Source: Candidatus Pacearchaeota archaeon
Lineage (GTDB): Archaea; Nanobdellota; Nanobdellia; Pacearchaeales; GW2011-AR1
DNA: 64,000 nt
Reading direction: 5' to 3'
NCBI GenBank assembly: GCA_040879785.1
Contig: JBBDJR010000006.1
Coordinates: forward strand, 410-64,409
The notes beneath the pieces are model-generated. The model was not told where the DNA came from and did no database searches. It worked only from the letters and a program-made list of their open reading frames with translations. The translations under genes were made by a program, and so were the position numbers. This document shows, piece by piece, positions 7,182 to 15,363 of this stretch. How positions within the stretch are numbered: the stretch's first letter is position 1; every line of letters begins with the position of its first letter.

Positions 7182-7525
7182 ACGATTGATAAACTCTTAA
7201 ATTAATTAAAAATATGAGGGTAGTAAAAAAATTAAAGATATCTATAAAATATATAAGATAACACAAATAAATAAACTTTAAGATAAATTAACAGATAATT
7301 TCCATTCAAAAATCTTAATTCTTTCAACAATCGAGACAAACACCGTCGACAAAAGAACATTTAAATCTGAAATAAAAAAATGAGAAAAAATAAAAACATT
7401 TTTAAAGAAAAAAAACATAACAAAAGCGTCCAATAAAAAAGAGGATAAACATAAATTGTTTAAAACTCTAAAATAACAAAAACATTTATAAACATAAATT
7501 GTTTAATAAAATCAAGCTAATTAAA

Positions 7526-8008
7526 ATGAGGATGACAATGAAAAACAAAAGAGGTTTGTCCGCTGTCGTGGCTACCCTAATAATAATCCTATTAGTTCTT
7601 GTAGCAGTAGGTATTCTTTGGGGAGTTCTAGGTAATTTGTTTGACGATGCAGGAGAGACCATAGAATACAACCAGCTATGTAAAGATGTAAGTTTTAGGG
7701 AAATCAGCGTTTCAGAGGATCCTGACGGAGTATATGATGTTAGTTTCAAAAGAGGTCCTACAGGAGAAGAAATTGACGGATTGACGATAGTTCTCAGTAA
7801 TGAGACAGGATCTAGTAGCGGAACACTTGACTTCAACAAGAGTATCGGCGGAGACCTTGATGAAGAGACAATGGAATTTAATACAAGCTCCATTGAAGAC
7901 GCAGACAAAGTAATAAACGCCAACGAGATGGTTTACTCGGCTTACTTCACAGATGACTCAGGAAACAGGCACTCTTGTACTGAAGACACATACGAATTCA
8001 CTAACTAA
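7526..8008 (+). CDS. Archaeal type IV pilin-like protein (class III signal peptide)
   Basis: MKNKRGLS|AVVATLIIILLVLVAVGILW N-terminus. TATA at 7485-7492. Full-length paralog of the N-terminal part of 27240..28403. Confidence 0.75.
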   Translation: MRMTMKNKRGLSAVVATLIIILLVLVAVGILWGVLGNLFDDAGETIEYNQLCKDVSFREISVSEDPDGVYDVSFKRGPTGEEIDGLTIVLSNETGSSSGTLDFNKSIGGDLDEETMEFNTSSIEDADKVINANEMVYSAYFTDDSGNRHSCTEDTYEFTN

Positions 8009-8134
8009 GCATTTTTTATTTTTAATTTATTTTTTATTTAGATTAGAGAACACTTTTCTACCTTATTGAGATGATTCGTAAAAAAGTTATATTTAAAAAC
8101 TAATTCTGACATTCTTTTTGTATCTACACTGAAA

Positions 8135-8187
8135 GCCCTTGGCCGACGTCGCTACGGCAGTCTAGGGTGAGCGAACGAAGTGAGTGA
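8135..8187 (+). other. GC-rich leader module plus GAGCGAACGAAGTGAGTGA linker
   Basis: GCCCTTGGCCGACGTCGCTACGGCAGTCTAGGGT differs at 2 of 34 positions from 39917-39950. The linker is identical to 40006-40024. Confidence 0.6.
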
Positions 8188-8276
8188 GCCCCGATAGTTC
8201 AGTGGGTTTCTTTTTTAGAAAAAAAGAAACTACAATGGTAGAAAAAACTAAGATTGGAACTATCGGAAATCCAAAT
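8188..8276 (+). repeat. 15-nt tRNA-Glu 5' fragment plus 74-bp insert
   Basis: GCCCCGATAGTTCAG at 8188-8202 is identical to 8277-8291. The insert holds an 11-bp-stem hairpin (8206-8230) and GGAACTATCGG (8256-8266), antisense to the tRNA 5' region. Confidence 0.7.
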
Positions 8277-8394
8277 GCCCCGATAGTTCAGAGGCCAAGA
8301 ATGCGGCCCTTTCAAATAGCAACGCTTTGACGTTTGATTCAAAGTGAAGCTTTGAAGCACGGCCGTGACCCGGGTTCGAATCCCGGTCGGGGCG
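8277..8394 (+). tRNA. tRNA-Glu (anticodon TTC) with 45-nt intron (8315-8359)
   Basis: Acceptor GCCCCGA/TCGGGGC, D arm GTTC..GAAT, anticodon stem CGGCC/GGCCG, loop CTTTCA, T arm CCGGG-TTCGAAT-CCCGG. Confidence 0.9.
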
Positions 8395-8399
8395 TTCCC

Positions 8400-9266
8400 T
8401 TACTTCTTAAACCTAATCCCCCAATAACCTTTTTCAGTGTCAATCACACAGGTTTCCCCAATAGGTATTGTTAGATTTGGTTCGGAATGGCCAATAGGTT
8501 GATTCATGACTACAGGGCATTTAAAATTCTTAAAAAAATCTCTTAAATATGTATCAATATCTTCTCCACACTCTGTAAAATATCCTAAAATTACTCCTCT
8601 TACATGATCAAACTTCCCTGCTAATTTTAACTGACATAATATGTCATAAACTCTCCATGATCTCATCTTATAATCTTCTAAAAAAACTACTTTATCTTTA
8701 GTATCTATTTCAAACATTGTTCCCAAAGACCTACCTAAAAGCTCAACATTACCTCCAACAATCTTAGAACTAGCAGCCCCTTTGACGAGAGTGTCGGCTT
8801 CATTAAATGTAACTCTGTAATTCCTTTTAGCGATTACATCCTTTAGGCAGTTAATAGTTTTCATATCAAACTCTTTCTTGTTTCCCGTGTTAGGGCCGTG
8901 TAAACACCTTGAACCTGTCCTCTGATATATTGAATTTAGTAACAAGGTTACATCACTATAACCTAAAAAAATATTCTTTGACCTTTTTATAAGAGAGTAA
9001 TCTAAATAGGGCAATAAATGGATAGCCCCCATTCCGCCCTTTACAGAAGATATTAATGAATCTTCAACCCTATATGCATCATTTAATTCATCAGCCCTCC
9101 TAAGAAAATTACCTGCATAGGACAAATGTTTGTCCAATATATCCTCTCTATGTAAAATTTCTTCAAAATCAAGCTTATTCAACCTTCTTTTAGCCCTATT
9201 TAGATCCGACTTATCTATATTTCCTGAGGAAGCTACCAAAAAAACTCTCTTAAACTCCATTTTCAA
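8400..9266 (-). CDS. LD-carboxypeptidase / MccF-like serine peptidase (S66 family)
   Basis: GYSDVTLLLN nucleophile-region motif and C-terminal GHSEPNLTIPIG motif; ~290 aa. Confidence 0.75.
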   Translation of the reverse strand: MKMEFKRVFLVASSGNIDKSDLNRAKRRLNKLDFEEILHREDILDKHLSYAGNFLRRADELNDAYRVEDSLISSVKGGMGAIHLLPYLDYSLIKRSKNIFLGYSDVTLLLNSIYQRTGSRCLHGPNTGNKKEFDMKTINCLKDVIAKRNYRVTFNEADTLVKGAASSKIVGGNVELLGRSLGTMFEIDTKDKVVFLEDYKMRSWRVYDILCQLKLAGKFDHVRGVILGYFTECGEDIDTYLRDFFKNFKCPVVMNQPIGHSEPNLTIPIGETCVIDTEKGYWGIRFKK

Positions 9267-10170
9267 ATTTTCTCTCGACTGCCTGAACTACAGGTGATGA
9301 GAGATTATAAGAATCCCTATTTTTATTCACAGTAGGCGGAGCTATCCCTGTCCCAGATCCATTGATCTCAAGTAAATAATTGTCTCTAAAATCAATAGAA
9401 CAAAAGAACATATCTAGGCTATTTACAACCCCCCTAGCAATATCTATTTCTCTAGAGTCTCCTTCCATCAAATCAATTCCTACTACTTCTTCTTTTCCAG
9501 GCGCCCCTTCTTTAAGTGTTCTCCTACCAATAATAAATTGATTATCAAGAAAGATATATCTTCTTTCTTCATTAGCAGGTACAAACCTTTCATATAGATG
9601 GCCTTGGAGATTGTTTTTAACAAGACTAACATCTGCAATGTCCTCTAAAAAATGGATACCATTCCCTGCAGAACCTATTTTTGGTTTTGCAATTATCCTT
9701 TCTCCATAGTCCAATAAATCCGTTAAATCTTTTTCATTCCTTACATCAAAATCAGGTATCCAAGGAAGGTTCAGAGTTTTCTGTTTTGGTTTATGTTCAT
9801 AAGAAGTGCTTTCAGCACTATTTAACATAAGATTAACTTGCTTCTCTAAAGGATACAAAAAATCAAGATATCTCTGTGAAGAATCTGGCCTTTCTTCATC
9901 AAGGCTATAGACAAAAAAAACATCTCCTGATATAATAGAATTCTTTTCTTCTGGTCTGAATAAATCGTCTCTAAAGCTGTATGTATGCCTTGTAAAGATA
10001 TTTCCTCCTTTTTCAAACAAGTCACTAGGATGAACCACCCTTAAATCATGACCTCTTCTAACAAAGGCACTTGCCAAAAATCTCGAAGACATATATCCAC
10101 TCCCTTCTTCCATTAAGTTGCCTTTATATAAATTCCTAGCCTCCTCACTTAACCCTAAATAAACTTTCAT
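9250..10170 (-). CDS. ATP-grasp ligase (glutathione-synthetase/RimK-like fold)
   Basis: IIAKPKIGSAGNGIHFL and YLLEINGSGTG motifs. Overlaps both neighbours, suggesting an operon. Confidence 0.6.
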   Translation of the reverse strand: MKVYLGLSEEARNLYKGNLMEEGSGYMSSRFLASAFVRRGHDLRVVHPSDLFEKGGNIFTRHTYSFRDDLFRPEEKNSIISGDVFFVYSLDEERPDSSQRYLDFLYPLEKQVNLMLNSAESTSYEHKPKQKTLNLPWIPDFDVRNEKDLTDLLDYGERIIAKPKIGSAGNGIHFLEDIADVSLVKNNLQGHLYERFVPANEERRYIFLDNQFIIGRRTLKEGAPGKEEVVGIDLMEGDSREIDIARGVVNSLDMFFCSIDFRDNYLLEINGSGTGIAPPTVNKNRDSYNLSSPVVQAVERKFENGV

Positions 10171-11123
10171 TTAGCCGCCTCGATACTAATAATTCTTTTA
10201 TCATTAGAAGGAGATGAAATATAGGAATTTATTAGATTATTAACAATAATCTCCATTCTATGAAGATCATCTATACTATCAACAAAGTATGAGGGAGAGA
10301 TGTTTACTTCGATGACAAAGGGGCCTTTGCTAGTCATAATTATATCTGATTCGCTAAACGAAGCATCTAATACGGATGCAGCCCTCATCGCAACATTTAC
10401 CTCAGCCTCGCTCGGAGAGTATTCAAATTCAACAGAACCTCCAGAAGTAGAAGCAATCCATTTTTCTTCTGAACCTCTAGGGATAAAGCTTCTGGCATAA
10501 GAAAATTCAAAATTTCCTCCAACTATTCCAACTCTGCAATCGTGCTCCCTTACAGAACTCACAAATTCCTGGAGTATAAATCCCTTGTTATATCCTTCTT
10601 GACTCGCAACCCTAAATTTTTCCTTTAATGAAGATACCAAATCATCAAAGGATTTAACCATATCCACATCATAACTCTTTCCTCCACAATCCCTCTTCAC
10701 CACAATAGGAAATCCTAATCTCTTCTCAGCCAACTTAGAAACCTTTTCTATTCTATGTTCCGAGTTTAGGAATACAGTCTTTGGTGTAGGAATTCCTTTA
10801 CTAGATAATTCCTTAAACAGCTCAAATTTACTATAATCTGCTCTTGATGACCTATAAGAATTAATGCATTTCTTGCCTGAAATCTCTAAAATTCTCAATA
10901 GGTTTAGTGTCTTTTTAAGTATGTCTGAATCCCTTGAAACCACGCTACTGTAAACTCTATTAATAATTAGATCATAGTCAAGCAATTCCTTTTTTGAAGT
11001 CGACCTAATATCAACTAAATCAATCAAAACCCCTCTCTGTTCAAACAGTTCCTTAAATTTCAACTCAGGACTTTCCATATCATGATGTAGAAGGGCCACC
11101 TTAGCAATATTTCCTTTTTCCAT
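10167..11123 (-). CDS. ATP-grasp ligase, RimK/LysX-like
   Basis: FPIVVKRDCGGKSYDV, GFILQEFV, HDCRVGIVGG and FVIEVNISPS motifs. Confidence 0.7.
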   Translation of the reverse strand: MEKGNIAKVALLHHDMESPELKFKELFEQRGVLIDLVDIRSTSKKELLDYDLIINRVYSSVVSRDSDILKKTLNLLRILEISGKKCINSYRSSRADYSKFELFKELSSKGIPTPKTVFLNSEHRIEKVSKLAEKRLGFPIVVKRDCGGKSYDVDMVKSFDDLVSSLKEKFRVASQEGYNKGFILQEFVSSVREHDCRVGIVGGNFEFSYARSFIPRGSEEKWIASTSGGSVEFEYSPSEAEVNVAMRAASVLDASFSESDIIMTSKGPFVIEVNISPSYFVDSIDDLHRMEIIVNNLINSYISSPSNDKRIISIEAAK

Positions 11124-11320
11124 TTTTCTTTAATTTCCCTCAAAAAGGGCTTTTTATCTGTTTTTTATTTACTTATAAACCTTCTGTCTTTACTAAGAAA
11201 TAACAGAATCAGTATTAAAAAACGCCATTTCTTTAAATAATTTTATGTGATTTTATGATATTATCCTTCCAAATATATGGTGTTAGAAAATAGATATATT
11301 AAAAATATATATTAATTAAG

Positions 11321-11863
11321 TCACTCAGCCTTCCTGATAAAATCCAAAAAATTCTTTTTCTCAAACTTTATGATTTTTTTATCTTTTGGATCTATATGAA
11401 CACTCAAAAGCCCAAACATTGAAACAAAAACCGTGCAAACCAGCAGATCTTTTCCGTCAACTTTCTGTAACGAAATCATTATCTTTTGCAGTTTGTTCTT
11501 TATCGTCTGTTTTTTAATCTCTTCCTCAATAAGTTTCTGCACTTCGTCAAAATCAAAATCAATCTCAGAATCAATTTCCTTAGGCTCCAAAAAATCCTGC
11601 TGGATGTTTGTTCCAAAATTTCCCTGAGTCGGGACCTTTTGCACTCCTTTAGCATTTTTATCGTGGGAATCCACGGCATCCAACTTAAAACTCACAACCT
11701 CTTTCTTTTTAGGAATGTAAAAATCAATATGCCTCTGGTTGTCTTTCTTCTCCAAATCTATCGTAAAAAACCCGGAACACATAAACGCCTCCGGATTTTC
11801 CTTAATAAACTTTTTAAACTCGTCAGAATTGTGCAACTTTTCTAGGTAAAATTGGAAGTTCAT
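11321..11863 (-). CDS. Hypothetical protein
   Basis: 180-aa ORF with K/E-rich composition. An ATTATAAA box lies exactly 29 nt upstream (11885-11892). Confidence 0.7.
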   Translation of the reverse strand: MNFQFYLEKLHNSDEFKKFIKENPEAFMCSGFFTIDLEKKDNQRHIDFYIPKKKEVVSFKLDAVDSHDKNAKGVQKVPTQGNFGTNIQQDFLEPKEIDSEIDFDFDEVQKLIEEEIKKQTIKNKLQKIMISLQKVDGKDLLVCTVFVSMFGLLSVHIDPKDKKIIKFEKKNFLDFIRKAE

Positions 11864-11893
11864 AAAAAGGCTAAAATGTTTCCATTTATAATT

Positions 11894-12160
11894 TTATCTC
11901 TTGTAAATCTTGTCATGATGATCGTAATCTTCAAGGATAATTTTCTTCTTGTTTTCATCAATAGAAAACGTTAAAACAAAACTCCTGTCTATATGAACTC
12001 TTTTCCATTCTTGCAGAGGTTTTCTAAGATTTTTATATCTGTGAGGATTTTTAAGAATTTCTTCAACTTTTTTAGAAACAATATCTGCCTGCTTTGAGTT
12101 CTTCTTTCCCAATTTCTCTAGCTTTTTTCTTAAAGCGGGCTTAATACCAAGAACATACAT
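11894..12160 (-). CDS. RelE/ParE-family toxin
   Basis: 88 aa with ..NPHRYKNLRKPLQEWKRVHIDRSFVLTFSIDENKKKIILEDYDHHDKIY, a typical RelE-like pattern. Abuts the antitoxin ORF. Confidence 0.7.
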   Translation of the reverse strand: MYVLGIKPALRKKLEKLGKKNSKQADIVSKKVEEILKNPHRYKNLRKPLQEWKRVHIDRSFVLTFSIDENKKKIILEDYDHHDKIYKR

Positions 12161-12403
12161 TTACTCCAACCCCATGATATTTCTTAATTCCTTAACATTT
12201 CCAAGGGTAACTGCTTTCTCACGCATAATATTCTTAGCTTTTTTCACATACTCCGGCCTTAACTCAGGTTCCAATATATCCTCGCCATAACCAGAAACAA
12301 CTCTAGAAATTGCCTCACTTTTATCTTTAAGATTAAATCTTGCTTTTACAATGTTGAGTACATGATTAACATCCTCAGGAATATCTATCATTGCTTTTAC
12401 CAT
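12161..12403 (-). CDS. Antitoxin partner of the RelE-like toxin (start trimmed to MVKAMIDIPEDV)
   Basis: MIDIPEDVNHVLNIVKARFNLKDKSEAISRVV is an N-terminal ribbon-helix-like pattern. Its stop is adjacent to the toxin start. Confidence 0.6.
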   Translation of the reverse strand: MVKAMIDIPEDVNHVLNIVKARFNLKDKSEAISRVVSGYGEDILEPELRPEYVKKAKNIMREKAVTLGNVKELRNIMGLE

Positions 12404-12437
12404 ATATATCATATATATCCCAAATATATAAATCTTC

Positions 12438-14138
12438 CTACTCCCTCTCTTCAATCTCTTTTTTCAGGCTCTTAACAAAAGAATCAACCTTCACATTTTT
12501 TATCTTCTTATCCCCGCGAGTTCTTACAGCAATTCCTTTAGATTTCTCCTCTTTATCTCCAACAACAACGATATACGGGACTTTCATCAGCTCCGCGTCT
12601 TTAACCTTTGAAGGAACCGTAGTTCCCCTAAAATCAGAATCAATTCTCAACTCCGGAATTTCTTTAGACAACTCTTTAACAACCTTTTTCGCATACTCTT
12701 CATTCCTATCAGTAAAACTCAAAACACGAACCTGAACTGGAGCAAGCCACGTCGGGAGTCTGCCACGCGTGTGCTCAAGCAACACTCCAATAAACCTCTC
12801 AAAACTTCCAAGAATCGCCCGATGAATCATCACAGGAGTTTTCTTTTTATTATCTTTTTCGGTATATTCAAGACCAAACCTCTCAGGCATTGAAAAATCC
12901 AGCTGAACGGTTCCCAACTGCCAGCTCCTTCCCAAGGAATCCTTCAAATGAAAATCAATTTTAGGTCCATAAAACGCCCCATCGCCTTTATTAATTTTGT
13001 ATTTAACTTTATTTTTCTTTAGAACAGATTCAAGCGCCTTCTCCGCCTTGTCCCATATTTTATCATCTCCTATCCTCTTCTCCGGCCGGGTCGAGAGCTC
13101 AACATTATACGAGAATCCAAACTTCTTGTAAATAGAATCTGTAAGTTCCATTATCTTTAACACCTCAGCTTCCATCTGCTCCTCTGTGCAAAACACATGT
13201 GCATCATCCTGCGTAAACTCAACAACCCTAAACAACCCCGCCAAAACCCCTGAAAGCTCTTGTCTATGAACAATCCCAAACTCTGAAACCCTTAAAGGCA
13301 AGTCCTTATAAGATTTAGGCTGATTCCTAAAAACAATCAAACCCCCTGGACAATTCATCGGCTTTGACGCAAACTCTCTCCCTTCATAATCAGAAAGGAA
13401 AATATTTTCCTTATACTTCTCCCAATGCCCAGAAATCTGCCACAACTTTTTATCAAGAATCTCAGGAGTTCTTATTTCTTTATACTCCCTCTTCCTCAAC
13501 TCTTCTCTTACAAATTTAACCAACTCATTATAAACAATCAAACCGTTATTATGCCAAAACGCCATCCCGGGAGCCACATCATTAAAAGAAAAAAGGTCCA
13601 TCTCCTGTCCCAGAATCCGATGGTCGTTTTCTTTAAGCTTACTTCTATCAAGAATGTTCTTTCCTAAACTCCTTAAAAGACTCTTATGATCAACCTTCTC
13701 TTCCTTAGAATCATTACTTTTAACGACTATCTCCCTACTCAATTCAGAAAGAGGATGTCCCTTAACTTTTAACTCAAATTCTTTATAATATCCAAACGGA
13801 GCTTTTGAAACCCTAAAATCTTTTTTCAACCTCTTCTCGGCCTCATCCAAAACAGAAACAGCAACATCCGGAGAAGCCAGATTACTGGAAAGGTGAGCAT
13901 ACGGATAAAGAACAACTTCTTTCACATTCACCTGTTTCACAACGTCCTTAACAACTTTAACAAGCTCATTAACACTTTCTCCGACGCTATCGCCTTTTTC
14001 AACCGCAGTCAACACAACCAAACTCTCCTTAATACTCCCTCCTTTTTTTTCCGATTCAGAAAGCTCGGCAACATTTCTCATTGCCTTTTTCAACGGCTTA
14101 AAATTAATATAATCAACATGGAGTGTTATGATTTTCAT
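12438..14138 (-). CDS. thrS: Threonyl-tRNA synthetase, archaeal type with N-terminal editing domain
   Basis: MKIITLHVDYINFKP editing-domain start. Class II core motifs (FRVVEFTQDDAHVF, GAFYGPKIDF) and an anticodon-binding C-terminus. Confidence 0.9.
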   Translation of the reverse strand: MKIITLHVDYINFKPLKKAMRNVAELSESEKKGGSIKESLVVLTAVEKGDSVGESVNELVKVVKDVVKQVNVKEVVLYPYAHLSSNLASPDVAVSVLDEAEKRLKKDFRVSKAPFGYYKEFELKVKGHPLSELSREIVVKSNDSKEEKVDHKSLLRSLGKNILDRSKLKENDHRILGQEMDLFSFNDVAPGMAFWHNNGLIVYNELVKFVREELRKREYKEIRTPEILDKKLWQISGHWEKYKENIFLSDYEGREFASKPMNCPGGLIVFRNQPKSYKDLPLRVSEFGIVHRQELSGVLAGLFRVVEFTQDDAHVFCTEEQMEAEVLKIMELTDSIYKKFGFSYNVELSTRPEKRIGDDKIWDKAEKALESVLKKNKVKYKINKGDGAFYGPKIDFHLKDSLGRSWQLGTVQLDFSMPERFGLEYTEKDNKKKTPVMIHRAILGSFERFIGVLLEHTRGRLPTWLAPVQVRVLSFTDRNEEYAKKVVKELSKEIPELRIDSDFRGTTVPSKVKDAELMKVPYIVVVGDKEEKSKGIAVRTRGDKKIKNVKVDSFVKSLKKEIEERE

Positions 14139-15283
14139 TTTTCTTTGTAAATAAACTTATCAACCAGCTTTTTAGCCTTTTCCCTCTTTTTCTGATGCTC
14201 TTTAAGGAAAGCATTTATTTTCTTAATCAGATAATCTTTAAGCTCCGAAGTCAGCATTTTCCCGCTTCTGTAATCTTTTTCAATCTGCGCCAGATTCTCG
14301 TCATCAGGCTCAAAAAACATCCTAAGGTACTGGAAACTCACATCAATATCTGGATTTCCGCCTTTCTTCCTGTGCTCCTCTACCGTCTCCTGCCCGCCGG
14401 AAAAAGCATATTTCTTAATCTTCCTCTCAACTTCTTTTGGGGAGTCCGTAGTAAGAATTGCCATATTCGATTCAGTACTCGACATTTTACCTTTAACGCC
14501 TTTCAGCGGAGGCAAAAAAACGCCGTGAATAATTGCAGGTTTATAATGTCCTAACTTAGGATAAACATCCCTGGCAACCCTAAAATGAGGGTCCTGGTCA
14601 ATTGCAAGAGGAATCAAACAAGGAATTTTCTTTTTCTTTATAACTGAAGGTAAGAAAGCGGGAACCGCCTGCATACTAGTAAAAAATATCTCTCCTATGT
14701 TCTTTGAATCATTAAAACCAAAAGAGGCCTTAACGGTAGAATAAGTCACCTTCTTAGCAACTTTAATCGCCTCAGGATACAATAAACTAGCATGTTTTGT
14801 ATCAATAAGAAAATGAGTCTTTTTTGGGTCAAATCCAAGAGCGATTATGTCAAGCATATTTTCTTTAGTCCACTTCTGAATTTCTTCATACGATTTATCC
14901 TTAAATAAAAATTTCTCATCGTCCGTAAACTGAAACCAAAGCTCAGCATCAAATTTATCCTGTAACCACTTTGTAAACGTCCACGTCCCTAAATGGCCTA
15001 AGTGAATCGGACCCGAAGGACCGCAACCAGTATAAAGAAAGAAACTATTTCCTTTTTCATGCTCATCAAGAAGCCAGTTTAAATCTCTATGTGAAAAAAA
15101 CGTTTTCCTCCTAAGCATAAAATGAAGCTCTCCCGCATTTTTCTCAATTCTCTTTAGAAGTTTATCGTCCAATTTAGAAACCCCAAACTCCTTAATCAAC
15201 TTTTCATAATTAATATCTCCAGAAACCTCCCACGGCGTAACATTAACTCCCTGCATTTTACTCTTCCCTGCACCTTTTTTCAT
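14135..15283 (-). CDS. trpS: Tryptophanyl-tRNA synthetase (archaeal/eukaryal type)
   Basis: VTPWEVSGDINYEKLIKEFG, GPSGPIHLGHL (HIGH) and KMSSTESN (KMSKS); 382 aa. TTTAAAAA box 29 nt upstream. Confidence 0.9.
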   Translation of the reverse strand: MKKGAGKSKMQGVNVTPWEVSGDINYEKLIKEFGVSKLDDKLLKRIEKNAGELHFMLRRKTFFSHRDLNWLLDEHEKGNSFFLYTGCGPSGPIHLGHLGTWTFTKWLQDKFDAELWFQFTDDEKFLFKDKSYEEIQKWTKENMLDIIALGFDPKKTHFLIDTKHASLLYPEAIKVAKKVTYSTVKASFGFNDSKNIGEIFFTSMQAVPAFLPSVIKKKKIPCLIPLAIDQDPHFRVARDVYPKLGHYKPAIIHGVFLPPLKGVKGKMSSTESNMAILTTDSPKEVERKIKKYAFSGGQETVEEHRKKGGNPDIDVSFQYLRMFFEPDDENLAQIEKDYRSGKMLTSELKDYLIKKINAFLKEHQKKREKAKKLVDKFIYKEK

Positions 15284-15334
15284 AATCCATACACGGCATT
15301 CTTATTTTTAAACTTTAACAAAACCGACTAAATA

Positions 15335-15342
15335 TTTATAAA
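15335..15342 (+). promoter_or_regulatory. TATA box TTTATAAA, 29 nt before ATG 15364
   Basis: Consensus box at the fixed spacing seen across the window. Confidence 0.6.
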
Positions 15343-15363
15343 TAATCCCGCACTCTGTTTCAC

